Shown: positions 8,552 to 17,233 of the stretch, piece by piece
Layout: each line of letters begins with the position of its first letter
Position numbering within the stretch: the first letter of the stretch is position 1
Source: Clostridiales bacterium
GTDB lineage: Bacteria; Bacillota; Clostridia; Christensenellales; CAG-314
Direction of reading: 5' to 3'
DNA length: 64,000 nucleotides
NCBI GenBank assembly: GCA_022508345.1
Contig: JAFLVK010000001.1
Coordinates: forward strand, 164,371 to 228,370
Program-made: the position numbers and the translations under genes
The notes under the pieces: model-generated
Seen by the model: the letters and a program-made list of their open reading frames with translations, nothing else
What the model was told of the DNA's origin: nothing
Databases searched by the model: none

Positions 8552-11500
8552 ATGAACAAACTACGCAAGCTTAACACTTTGCTACTAACGGTACTGACGG
8601 TAGTTTTGGCAGCGGCTCTGCTAGCTGCATGCGCAACGAATGAACCTCCCGTAACTCCGAAAAAGGACATTACGGGCGTAACATTTGAAAATGCTACCGT
8701 CAACTACGACGGAAACGAACATGAAATAACCGTAAGCGGCACTATCCCCGAGGGTGTAAATGTAAGCTACACCAACAACAAGGGAACGGACACGGGAACA
8801 TACAACGCCACCGCAACCTTATCGGGCGAAGAGTACAACACGTTGACGCTCAATGCAACCCTTAAAATTGTGGGAACGGATATTACGGGCATCACATTTC
8901 AAGATGCAACATTTCCATACGACAAGCAGGAGCATTCGATATCCATTTCGGGTGAGCTGCCCGACGGCGTAACCGTTGTTTACCAAAACAACAAAGCAAC
9001 GGACTACGGTGTGCACACCGCTACTGCAACACTTAGCGGAAAGGGCTACAACACACTTACGCTCACAGCTACTCTCACCATTGAGGCAAAGGATATAACT
9101 GGCGTTACGTTTGCCAACCGCACTGTTACCTACAACGGAAGCGAGTACACTATCGACACGATTACAGGCTTGCCTACAGGTGTCACTGTCCAGTCCATTA
9201 CCGGCAACAAGGCAACAGATGTGGGCACCTACACTGCTACTGCCGAAATTTGGGGAGTAGGCTACAAGCCCTTGACACTCAAAGCAACTCTCACGATAAA
9301 CCCGGCGGAAATAACAGGCATTGACATTAGCGACGATACCGTAACGTATGACGAGCAACCCCACTCGATAGAAATCGTTGGAACATTGCCCACCGGCGTT
9401 AGCGTAGCTTACACCTACAACGGACAGGCAGCAACTAGTGCAACAGTAGTCGGTTCATACACAGTAGTAGCAACACTCAGTGGCAAGAACTACGTTACAA
9501 AAACGCTCTCCGCAACCTTAACAATTGACAAAGCAACTATCACAGGTGTAACCCTCACCGGGAAAAACGTAGAATACGACACCTTTGTACACTCGTTGCA
9601 GGTGGTTGGAAACGTCCCCGCAGGTGTTACCACTACCTATTACTACGACGGCGAAATAGCAGACGGCGTTTCTGCCGTTGGCAAGCACGAGGTTACAGCA
9701 GTGCTGAGCGGACCTAACCACAAGACGTTGGAGCTGACGGCTAATCTCACCATTACCGCCAGCGAAGAAATGCTGTACAGCGTTTACTACAACGGCTACG
9801 TGTACTTCCAAAACAATCTTGACGGAAACAGGCTGTACCGCGTAACAGGAAACGGCACACCCACCAAAGTGTCCAACGACGTGGCAACACACTTTACCGC
9901 AAGCGGTTCAAAGCTATTCTTTTACAGTGCAAGCTTGTTTTCTCAAACGGTAAAGACCTTTGACGAAAACGGCAAGCTGAGCGTTGCGTTCAACCCCGGC
10001 AGAAGCACCTACCTCACAAGCGACGGTGATGGCTACATCTACTACTCCAAGGCAAACCTTGTAGATACCAAAAATGAAAACGGAATTTACAAAGTAAAAA
10101 TACTGGACGAGGATGGCAAAATTGTAGAAGATTCAACAGCTGTTCGCTTGACAACTGACAAGGCAGACTACTTGGCATACTACAACGGATACATCTACTA
10201 CTGCAACAACAGCGACAGCGGCAAGCTTTACCGCATATCTGTGGAGGCACAGGAAGTAGTTGAAATCACGGACGGAATTAAAGAAAAACTAACCGACGAA
10301 AAGGTATCGGATATCATTGTAGACGGCGGCGTTGTATACTTTGCACAGCATGCTACGTTGAACACCACAATTCAAAGATACAACATCACCACCAAGGAGA
10401 AAAAGCAATTAACGGTAGACAACGGCGCTTACCTGACCAAGATTGGCGAATACATCTACTACGTCAACAAAGATTTGCTAACAACACATATCTACGGCAA
10501 GGGTATCTTCCGCGTGTCAATACAGGGCGGCGACAAGGACAAGGTACTGGAAGATGACGGAAACGGTTACTACTCGCTTGCAACGGACGGAACCAACCTG
10601 TACTACTACAAGCTGAACGACAAGCACATCTACTGCTACTACGTATCCACGGAAAGGGAAATTGACCTGATGCGCAACTTCGAGCCGCAGGAAACGACGT
10701 CGATTTCACGTTCTCCTTACGCAAGCATTGCAACCTACAACGGCGAAATTTACTTCACTAACGTAACCGACAGCAACAATCTGTACAAGTACAACTTGCA
10801 AACCAAGTCAACCTACAAGGTGCTTTCCGACAGCGTATCCAACGTGTACTTCAACGGCACCTACATGTACTACAGCACGTACATTGTTACCAACTACGCT
10901 TTGTGGAGAGTAGACTTGTCCAACCCCGAAGCTGTACCGGAAAAGATTTCCTCCAGCAGATACGAAAACCTGATATTCGAGGGCGACCACTTCTACGCAA
11001 TACGGGTTTCACCGCCGTTTGCTTATCACAACTATATTATAAAGATGAACCTTGACGGTACAGAGGAAACAGAGCTGTACACTGAAAGAAACTTGTATAT
11101 AGCAAAGCTGTACTTAGTAAACGGCAATTTCCACTTCACAATCAATCCTGCAAGCTCGGCAGTGTCGGAAAATATCTACACTCACGCACTAGACGACAGC
11201 AATCCCAAGTCACATACCAACGTGGGCTTGACGTCAAATAACTTCGTAATAAGCAACGGCAGATATTTCTACTACAATCACAAGAAAAACACCTTCTGCA
11301 GTAGTGATATAACAAACGCCAAAGAGGAAGTTATCACACAAAAAGTGGACATCACCGACATCTACGTATACAACGGCGTTATTTACTACACCAGTAAGAG
11401 CAGCCAAAACACAGGTATTTATGCTTACAATATTGCAAGCGGTACAACTACCAGATTAACAGAACAAGTTGGACACGGCTTCAAGGTTGTTGACAATCAA

Positions 11501-11617
11501 CTGTACTTTGTAAACATTGCAATTAGCTACACCACCGACTACCCGCAGTACAAATCGGGTGACGGACATCTGTACAGCATCAACCTGTCAACAAATGCAT
11601 TGACAAAGATTGCATAG
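8552..11617 (+). CDS. Large surface lipoprotein: five Ig-like (MBG-type) repeats plus a beta-propeller-like (DUF5050-like) C-terminal region
   Basis: Lipobox LLAAC. Five ~72-aa repeats of ITGVTF.N.TV.YDG.EH.I.V.G.LP.GV.V.Y..NK.TD.GTY.ATA.LSG..Y..L.L.ATLTI. The C-terminal ~600 aa has recurring NG.IYY / LYY blades. Start at ATG 8552 after GGAGAGG. Confidence 0.85.
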   Translation: MNKLRKLNTLLLTVLTVVLAAALLAACATNEPPVTPKKDITGVTFENATVNYDGNEHEITVSGTIPEGVNVSYTNNKGTDTGTYNATATLSGEEYNTLTLNATLKIVGTDITGITFQDATFPYDKQEHSISISGELPDGVTVVYQNNKATDYGVHTATATLSGKGYNTLTLTATLTIEAKDITGVTFANRTVTYNGSEYTIDTITGLPTGVTVQSITGNKATDVGTYTATAEIWGVGYKPLTLKATLTINPAEITGIDISDDTVTYDEQPHSIEIVGTLPTGVSVAYTYNGQAATSATVVGSYTVVATLSGKNYVTKTLSATLTIDKATITGVTLTGKNVEYDTFVHSLQVVGNVPAGVTTTYYYDGEIADGVSAVGKHEVTAVLSGPNHKTLELTANLTITASEEMLYSVYYNGYVYFQNNLDGNRLYRVTGNGTPTKVSNDVATHFTASGSKLFFYSASLFSQTVKTFDENGKLSVAFNPGRSTYLTSDGDGYIYYSKANLVDTKNENGIYKVKILDEDGKIVEDSTAVRLTTDKADYLAYYNGYIYYCNNSDSGKLYRISVEAQEVVEITDGIKEKLTDEKVSDIIVDGGVVYFAQHATLNTTIQRYNITTKEKKQLTVDNGAYLTKIGEYIYYVNKDLLTTHIYGKGIFRVSIQGGDKDKVLEDDGNGYYSLATDGTNLYYYKLNDKHIYCYYVSTEREIDLMRNFEPQETTSISRSPYASIATYNGEIYFTNVTDSNNLYKYNLQTKSTYKVLSDSVSNVYFNGTYMYYSTYIVTNYALWRVDLSNPEAVPEKISSSRYENLIFEGDHFYAIRVSPPFAYHNYIIKMNLDGTEETELYTERNLYIAKLYLVNGNFHFTINPASSAVSENIYTHALDDSNPKSHTNVGLTSNNFVISNGRYFYYNHKKNTFCSSDITNAKEEVITQKVDITDIYVYNGVIYYTSKSSQNTGIYAYNIASGTTTRLTEQVGHGFKVVDNQLYFVNIAISYTTDYPQYKSGDGHLYSINLSTNALTKIA
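8666..9760 (+). repeat. In-frame tandem coding repeats (5 x ~216-228 bp) inside the surface lipoprotein gene
   Basis: Five successive protein repeat units starting DITGVTF, DITGITF, DITGVTF, EITGIDI and TITGVTL. Boundaries are approximate. Confidence 0.7.
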
Positions 11618-11640
11618 TAAACCAAATACTAAATAAAAAA

Positions 11641-11671
11641 AGTAGCGTACGAACCGTACGCTACTTTTTGT
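11641..11671 (+). terminator. Rho-independent (probably bidirectional) terminator
   Basis: agtagcgtacg / cgtacgctact 11-bp stem with a 3-nt loop, A-run before and T-run after. It lies between convergent genes. Confidence 0.75.
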
Positions 11672-11800
11672 TATCAATTTTATTAATTATGATTTATTGT
11701 ATCATCATTCGAAAAGCTCAGAAGCGAGCAAGACGAGGCGCACGCGGATGAGGCGACAGGAGCGTACTAATCGTACGTGACTGAGCCGAAACGCAAGTGC

Positions 11801-11824
11801 AACAAAGTATTGCGAAGCTTATCA
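11801..11824 (-). repeat. 24-nt sequence identical to 23333-23356, spanning the glmM tandem stop codons
   Basis: aacaaagtattgcgaagcttatca on + (minus sense TGA TAA GCTTCGCAATACTTTGTT). The same 24-mer sits at the end of alaS. Confidence 0.8.
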
Positions 11825-13120
11825 GCTTTTCGAAGCAAATGTGGCAACAACCTCCGACATTGCTTCGTTTGCTTGCTCACCCTCGAGATATGCGCGGACG
11901 GCATTTTCCGTACCGCTTTTGCGCAGTACAATCCTGCACCCCGGGTACAGCGCATTTATACGGCTGACAGTTGCAGTAAGGCTTTCGTTTGTTGTAAGCC
12001 GCAAATTTGCCCGTGTAATGGGTATGTTGGCGCTGGCACAGGGCTTGTCGCAACACTCCTCAGTGTAACCGAGCAGGCTTCCCTTTTCGGCGTAAATCTT
12101 GCACGCAAACAGCGCGTTGACAATGGCGTCCGAGCTTGTGGCGTAGTCGCACAGCAGGTAATGCCCGCTTTCCTCTCCGCCGAAGTTCAGGCTGTCCTCA
12201 ACCATTCTGTTAAATACGTTTGTGTCGCCGACACTTGAGCGCACAAGCGTAATTCCCAGCTTGTTTAGTGCAAGTTCAACTCCGCCGTTTGTGAGCACTG
12301 TACCGCAAACAGTGCCCTTGTGCAGTTCGCCCTTTTCGTGCAGGTACTTGGCAAAAGCGTAAAACACTCTGTTGTTGGGAACAAGCTCCGTCCCTTCAAA
12401 AACGGCAAGCCTGTCCGCATCACCGTCGAAAGCAAACCCAAGCTGGTAATCGCCCTGTTTTAGTATATCCAGCAAAAACTGCGGATTTGTTGCTCCGCAA
12501 CCGACGTTGACGTTTGCACCGTTGTTTTGGTTGCAAAATGCCGTAACGCTAGCGCCTGCCTTGGTGAACGCCAACGGAGCAACCTTATATGATGCACCGT
12601 AACAGCAGTCCAAGGCCACCTTGATAAAGGGCAGCTTCACATTCACCGCGCGCAGCATATCGTCGCAGTAGATGTTTTCAATGTCGTAAAATACAGGCTC
12701 GTAAATCTTGCTGACCTCTGCGCGCTCGTTTCTCAGCCCGTCCATCATGCGGGATACAACCAGCTGCTTGGATTCGCACAGCTTCACCCCGTACCTGTCA
12801 AATACTTTCAAGCCGTTGTCGTCAGGCGGGTTGTGGCTTGCCGTTATCATAACGCCGTAGTCGCCACCAAGTTTGCGGACAAAGTGCCCCACCGAGTTGG
12901 TGGGCAATATACCAAGATTGATTACATTGCCCCCACCGGAGTACACACCCTGCGCCAAAGCTGTGAACAGATTGTCGCCCGAAAGCCGTGTGTCACGTGC
13001 AATGACAATAATCGGGCAATCGCCCAAACTTGCCAGGCTTTTTCCTAACAGAAAGGCAGTACTGTCCTTAAGGGTACTGCCGTATGTTCCGCGTATTCCG
13101 TCCGTACCAAAGTAGTTCAT
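11822..13120 (-). CDS. glmM: Phosphoglucosamine mutase
   Basis: MNYFGTDGIRGTYG start, active-site TASHNPPDDNGLKVF, FDGDADRL and GGEESGH blocks. Confidence 0.92.
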   Translation of the reverse strand: MNYFGTDGIRGTYGSTLKDSTAFLLGKSLASLGDCPIIVIARDTRLSGDNLFTALAQGVYSGGGNVINLGILPTNSVGHFVRKLGGDYGVMITASHNPPDDNGLKVFDRYGVKLCESKQLVVSRMMDGLRNERAEVSKIYEPVFYDIENIYCDDMLRAVNVKLPFIKVALDCCYGASYKVAPLAFTKAGASVTAFCNQNNGANVNVGCGATNPQFLLDILKQGDYQLGFAFDGDADRLAVFEGTELVPNNRVFYAFAKYLHEKGELHKGTVCGTVLTNGGVELALNKLGITLVRSSVGDTNVFNRMVEDSLNFGGEESGHYLLCDYATSSDAIVNALFACKIYAEKGSLLGYTEECCDKPCASANIPITRANLRLTTNESLTATVSRINALYPGCRIVLRKSGTENAVRAYLEGEQANEAMSEVVATFASKS

Positions 13121-13178
13121 AATTATCCCCCTGAGATTTTGTTACTTCTTTGGTACTTCGTATTAGCTTTGTAAAATT

Positions 13179-13673
13179 TTATTTAAGCTGCAAAATATAA
13201 CTATGTCCGTTGGCTGTCTTATCTAACGGAGTAAAACCCAACTCTTCAAAAAGTTTAATTGACGCTGTATTGTAATCAAAAATCTCTCTAATGCAAAGAT
13301 ATGCATAATCTAGTTTTTTACCTCTATCAATAAGCGTTGAAATAACCTTTTTACCTATACCCTTACTGCGAAAATTCTTGTCGCCAATTACTATCGGCAT
13401 ATCCGTTTGACTAAACGTAACGTCACCAATTGGTTTGTACATCCCATCTATGAAGCTTTCAATAAAATACAACTCACCTTTATCATTGAGATACTCATAC
13501 ATATCGGCTAATAATTGCTCATCATACGTTTTTTGCACCCCATCGACCAAATACACAGTTTGTGTATCTTGATACCACTCAAGTGCGAAATCAAATACTC
13601 CGTCGTACTTTCTCAACCTAAGTTGTCTATTTATATGAATGATTTCGGGTTGTTGTACTCCCAAGATAGGCAT
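13179..13673 (-). CDS. GNAT-family N-acetyltransferase (AAC(6')-like layout)
   Basis: 164 aa. LEWYQD...VYLVDG, PIGDVTF and the acetyl-CoA loop FRSKGIGKKVISTLI fit the GNAT fold. The gene is visibly more AT-rich than both neighbours. Substrate is unknown. Confidence 0.75.
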   Translation of the reverse strand: MPILGVQQPEIIHINRQLRLRKYDGVFDFALEWYQDTQTVYLVDGVQKTYDEQLLADMYEYLNDKGELYFIESFIDGMYKPIGDVTFSQTDMPIVIGDKNFRSKGIGKKVISTLIDRGKKLDYAYLCIREIFDYNTASIKLFEELGFTPLDKTANGHSYILQLK

Positions 13674-13675
13674 GA

Positions 13676-14581
13676 CTATTTTTCCTTTGTACTAGCCGCA
13701 AATGCTGATGCAAAAGCGCCCGCCTTTGCCCCATCAGCGCAGGCGGTAACAATTTGTTTCAGCGGACCGTTGGTAACGTCCCCTGCTGCAAACAAGCCCT
13801 TGACCGTTGTTTCGCATCTTCCGTCTACAACAATGTAACCGCGTTGCTTTTCCACTTGGTCTATGTGGATAAAGTCTGTTACGGGGATTGCACCTATTGC
13901 CACAAATATGCCGTTAACTGCCAAGTGTTGCACTTCGTTGTTGTTGAATATCTTTACTTCACTTACCGTGTCGGAGCCTAGTATCTCGGCAACGGAAGTG
14001 TTGTACAACGCCTCAACATTTTGCTTTTTCAGCAGCGTTTCAACCAGCATTTCTTCCGCAGTAAAGTTCGCCTGCGGAACAGCAACGTAAACCTTGCTAC
14101 AAATGTCGGACAGATACAACGCTTCGCGCGCTGCTGTCGATCCGCCGCCCACAACCATAACAGGAAGGTCGCGGTAAAATGCGCCGTCGCAGGTTGCACA
14201 GTAGCTCACACCACGACCTACGTAGTCGCCCTCTATTCCCAGCTTGTTGTGCGCTGTTCCCGTAGCAACTACCACACTGGGGAATGTGTACTCTCCCTTA
14301 TCCGTTACAATCTTGAAGCCCAATTCGTGAGTTTCCAGCGAAAGCACCTTTTGACGGACTGTTTTGAGCCCCAGCGCCTTTGCCTGAGCAGCCATGTCGC
14401 TTGAGAGCTTCCAGCCCTCCACGCTCTTGTAAGATGGATAGTTTTCTATCTTGTCGATTGTTGTTACAAGTCCGCCCAAGCCGAACTGTTCAAACATTGT
14501 AACTTCGGCATTTGCGCGCAATGCGTACACCGCTGCGGACAGTCCTGCAACTCCACCGCCTATAATTGCTATCTTTTTCAT
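13676..14581 (-). CDS. trxB: Thioredoxin-disulfide reductase
   Basis: FAD site IIGGGVAGLSAAVYA, redox-active CATCDG, NADPH site VVGGGSTAAREALYL, and C-terminal GLFAAGDV. Confidence 0.92.
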   Translation of the reverse strand: MKKIAIIGGGVAGLSAAVYALRANAEVTMFEQFGLGGLVTTIDKIENYPSYKSVEGWKLSSDMAAQAKALGLKTVRQKVLSLETHELGFKIVTDKGEYTFPSVVVATGTAHNKLGIEGDYVGRGVSYCATCDGAFYRDLPVMVVGGGSTAAREALYLSDICSKVYVAVPQANFTAEEMLVETLLKKQNVEALYNTSVAEILGSDTVSEVKIFNNNEVQHLAVNGIFVAIGAIPVTDFIHIDQVEKQRGYIVVDGRCETTVKGLFAAGDVTNGPLKQIVTACADGAKAGAFASAFAASTKEK

Positions 14582-14870
14582 AATTCTCCTTTGTGATGCA
14601 AGTTTCCAATTGCGTGCTGATTAACAGTTACTATATTGTACATCATACATATTACGCAACTTGTAAAAAATTGCCTTTTCGTCAACTATTATATCACAAA
14701 GATATTTGCGTGTAAATCACAAAACGTCTCGCGCCGATACAGTGCGGATAAAGTTCTTTATTTTCGGAAATATCTATGGTAAAATATAAATATAACAAGG
14801 AAAAAACGAAATTCTTTTGTAATCTTTCGGCATTATTTGGCTGTATCTAAATTGAGTGAGGTAATGGGTA

Positions 14871-15764
14871 ATGGAATACTACGAAAAGTTAAGAGATTTA
14901 AGAATACAAAGCAACATGTCACAGGAACAACTTGCCGAACTGCTGCATGTAACTAGGCAGACCGTATCTAAATGGGAGCAAGGCGTAAATCAGCCTGACA
15001 TTTACACTCTCAAGCAGTACGCATCAATATTTAACGTGTCGCTTGATGAATTGATAGGCGATGGGATAAATGTTAAAAACCCGGGTGATAAACGCCGCCT
15101 GGCAAGCAAATGCTTGTTTGTGGCAAGCACGCTACTTTTTGTTTTTTGCGTATTGACAGCATTTATTTTTTGGCGTTTTTTGCAGGATACCATGCCCGGG
15201 CACTACAATATTCACGGCGAAATAGACCGCTATGCCAATAAGTCGGAAATACTGCTGCACTTGCTGTCATTTACCGTATATTACATTGTTGCCTTGTGCT
15301 TGTATCTTACAGGCAGGCGAAATGTAGGAACCAAGCTACCCAACACAAGCTCGGCATCCTTTATAGTTCTGTTTTCAATTGTATTGGCAATACAGCTAGG
15401 GTACTTAATATTTGTGCTGTGCTTTTACGCTCCCTATCTGGTAAGCGAAAGCGTGGTTTCATTTGTTTACTGTGAAGCATCGGCGCTGATACTTGTCGTT
15501 GCAATTGCCACTCACCCGAAAATTACACCGCAAAACTTTGTTATGGGCATGCGCACCAATTTCACTATGACAAATGTCGATGCCTGGAAGAAAATCAACA
15601 ATGTTTCCTCCATATGTATTTCCGCAACAGCATTGATTATGATTGCAATCAACATGATTTTTGTACAGTTTTGGGTGGCACTAGCTTCACCACTGTTATT
15701 GATAGTTACCGTAGCAATTGTATTTATTTACCACGAAATTGTGCGCAAACAAATGCAAAATTGA
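14871..15764 (+). CDS. XRE-family HTH fused to a DUF1648/SdpI-like polytopic membrane domain
   Basis: HTH MSQEQLAELLHVTRQTVSKWEQGVNQPD. Then TM helices with the DTMPGHYNIHGEIDRYANK motif typical of DUF1648/SdpI-type immunity-signalling proteins. Confidence 0.8.
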   Translation: MEYYEKLRDLRIQSNMSQEQLAELLHVTRQTVSKWEQGVNQPDIYTLKQYASIFNVSLDELIGDGINVKNPGDKRRLASKCLFVASTLLFVFCVLTAFIFWRFLQDTMPGHYNIHGEIDRYANKSEILLHLLSFTVYYIVALCLYLTGRRNVGTKLPNTSSASFIVLFSIVLAIQLGYLIFVLCFYAPYLVSESVVSFVYCEASALILVVAIATHPKITPQNFVMGMRTNFTMTNVDAWKKINNVSSICISATALIMIAINMIFVQFWVALASPLLLIVTVAIVFIYHEIVRKQMQN

Positions 15765-15799
15765 CACACACTACCGTAAGTTGTTTTTTCTTACAGCAT

Positions 15800-15836
15800 A
15801 AAAAAACCTCGAAACAATCGTTTCGAGGTTTTTGTT
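15800..15836. terminator. Bidirectional Rho-independent terminator between convergent genes
   Basis: cctcgaaac / gtttcgagg 9-bp stem, A-run upstream and T-run downstream. It serves both the + strand membrane regulator and minus-strand rpsI. Confidence 0.8.
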
Positions 15837-15860
15837 TGAATTTGTAAAGATGTTGAAAGA

Positions 15861-16271
15861 TTATCTCTTGCTGAATTGAGGAGCCTTACGAGCTTTCTTC
15901 AAGCCGTACTTCTTTCTTTCCTTCATACGGGGGTCACGGGTGAGGAAACCGCTCTTCTTGAGGATTGCCTTGTCTTCGCCTGCAATTACCAACGCACGGG
16001 AAATACCGTGGCGGATTGCGCCGGCTTGTCCTGTGTAACCGCCGCCTGAGACGTTAACTACTACGTCGTACTTGCCGAGAGTTTCTGTTGCGTTCAAGGG
16101 TTGACGAACGATGTACTTAAGCGTATCAAGACCGAAGTAGGTGTCGATATCACGCTTGTTGATGGTGATAGCGCCAGTGCCGCCGGGGATAAGTCTTACG
16201 CGTGCAATGGACTTCTTTCTTCTGCCTGTTCCCCAAAATTGAACTTTTTTACTAGCTTTAGCTTTTGCCAT
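15861..16271 (-). CDS. rpsI: 30S ribosomal protein S9
   Basis: [33 protein letters not shown], and the C-terminal [12 protein letters not shown] signature. Confidence 0.97.
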   Translation of the reverse strand: MAKAKASKKVQFWGTGRRKKSIARVRLIPGGTGAITINKRDIDTYFGLDTLKYIVRQPLNATETLGKYDVVVNVSGGGYTGQAGAIRHGISRALVIAGEDKAILKKSGFLTRDPRMKERKKYGLKKARKAPQFSKR

Positions 16272-16285
16272 TGTTCATACCCTCC

Positions 16286-16720
16286 TTAGTCCAACACCAG
16301 CACTTCGGGATGTTGTGCTTCGTGCTTGTGTTCTGCGCCTTTGTAAACGCGAAGTTTTGTGAGCATCTTTCTACCGAGACTGTTGTGAGGAAGCATGCCT
16401 TTTACAGCGTGCATCATTGCGAAATCACTTCGTGTAGCCATGAGCTTAGCGTATTGCGTTTGCTTCAGATGACCGGGTCTGGGTGAACGGCGAACATACA
16501 TTTTTTGTTGTAGTTTATTTCCTGTCAGCACCACCTTGTCGCAGTTGATAACGATTACATGATCGCCAGTGTCAACGTGCGGAGTGAATGTGGGCTTGTG
16601 CTTACCGCGAAGAACGGAAGCTACTTGGCTTGCAACACGTCCGAGAGGAAGTCCTGCAGCGTCTACAACGTACCATTTTCTTTCAACGGCTTCTTTTTTA
16701 GCCATAAAGGTCTTTACCAT
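16286..16720 (-). CDS. rplM: 50S ribosomal protein L13
   Basis: [51 protein letters not shown] is the canonical L13 N-terminus. AGGAGAAAT RBS upstream. Confidence 0.97.
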   Translation of the reverse strand: MVKTFMAKKEAVERKWYVVDAAGLPLGRVASQVASVLRGKHKPTFTPHVDTGDHVIVINCDKVVLTGNKLQQKMYVRRSPRPGHLKQTQYAKLMATRSDFAMMHAVKGMLPHNSLGRKMLTKLRVYKGAEHKHEAQHPEVLVLD

Positions 16721-16747
16721 TGTTAATTTCTCCTGACATTTAAGATT

Positions 16748-17034
16748 TAGCCACTCAGGAATTGAATCAGTAAGGTTTTGTCGGTGTAATGAACAGTTAT
16801 TCGGCGTAAATCCATGTTTGCAGTACGTCCAGTACAGCTTCGCATGTATTTACTTGCCTAACGGTCCATTCCATCCGCCAAAACTGCTACGCACCGAAAG
16901 GGTGTAGCTTGTGTGGAATTGACATTATTGCGTTGCGAACTCGTACTCTCTGCAGTACGTGGAGCAATGGAATGTGGCAAGAACGCGCGAGATACGCGCT
17001 ATTCGGCTTGCTGGTTTCAATTCCTGAGTGGCTA
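16748..17034 (-). ncRNA. Candidate structured RNA / ornate 5' leader of rplM-rpsI (class not recognised)
   Basis: 19-bp perfect closing helix tagccactcaggaattgaa (16748-16766) / ttcaattcctgagtggcta (17016-17034). Nested helices: cttgcc/ggcaag, cattccat/atggaatg, a 9-bp hairpin gctacgcacc-gaaa-gggtgtagc, and gcgcg-agata-cgcgc. It lies downstream of a consensus minus-strand promoter and upstream of the rplM RBS, with no U-tract after the helix. Strand assignment is inferred from the promoter. Confidence 0.4.
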
Positions 17035-17128
17035 TTGCTGTTCACGGTTGAACAATTACCGCCAGTGGAAATGCGGTTTAGACAAGGCAGAGCTTAAAAT
17101 ACCTTGCCGAATTATTCACAGCCTTACT

Positions 17129-17157
17129 ATTATATAAATAACTACAACTATTGTCAA
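17129..17157 (-). promoter_or_regulatory. Perfect consensus sigma-70 promoter (TTGACA-17-TATAAT) reading toward the structured element and rplM
   Basis: Minus strand reads TTGACA atagttgtagttattta TATAAT. The predicted start near 17122 gives a leader of about 400 nt before the rplM ATG at 16720. Confidence 0.6.
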
Positions 17158-17233
17158 GCAAATAAAGCCGTTTGCGCGACTGTTTGTTGCAAATTCATGG
17201 TATTTTTCATATTGTATACAGAGGAAAATTGTT

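Noticed and set aside
7975-8703. 242-aa minus-strand ORF overlapping the XRE/membrane gene
   Set aside because: It is antisense to a gene with a clear HTH and TM architecture. It has no RBS, and its composition is typical of a shadow ORF.
8666-9760. Regular ~220-bp DNA periodicity as a possible CRISPR or satellite array
   Set aside because: The repeats are in-frame protein domain repeats within a long ORF, far longer than CRISPR repeats and without spacers. No CRISPR-like array was seen anywhere in the window.
16748-17034. Assignment of the structured element to RNase P, SRP RNA, tmRNA, 6S RNA or T-box
   Set aside because: The diagnostic sequences are all absent on both strands: GAGGAAAGUCC P4, GGAAG-containing SRP domain IV, a GGGG...CCA tRNA-like end, a single long bulged hairpin, and the T-box AGGGUGGUACCGCG. 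It is kept only as an unclassified candidate.
17055-17075. CCGCCAGTGG resembling the cobalamin riboswitch B12 box
   Set aside because: It mismatches the consensus core, lacks the accompanying GGGAA/GCC elements, and is on the wrong strand and position relative to the promoter.
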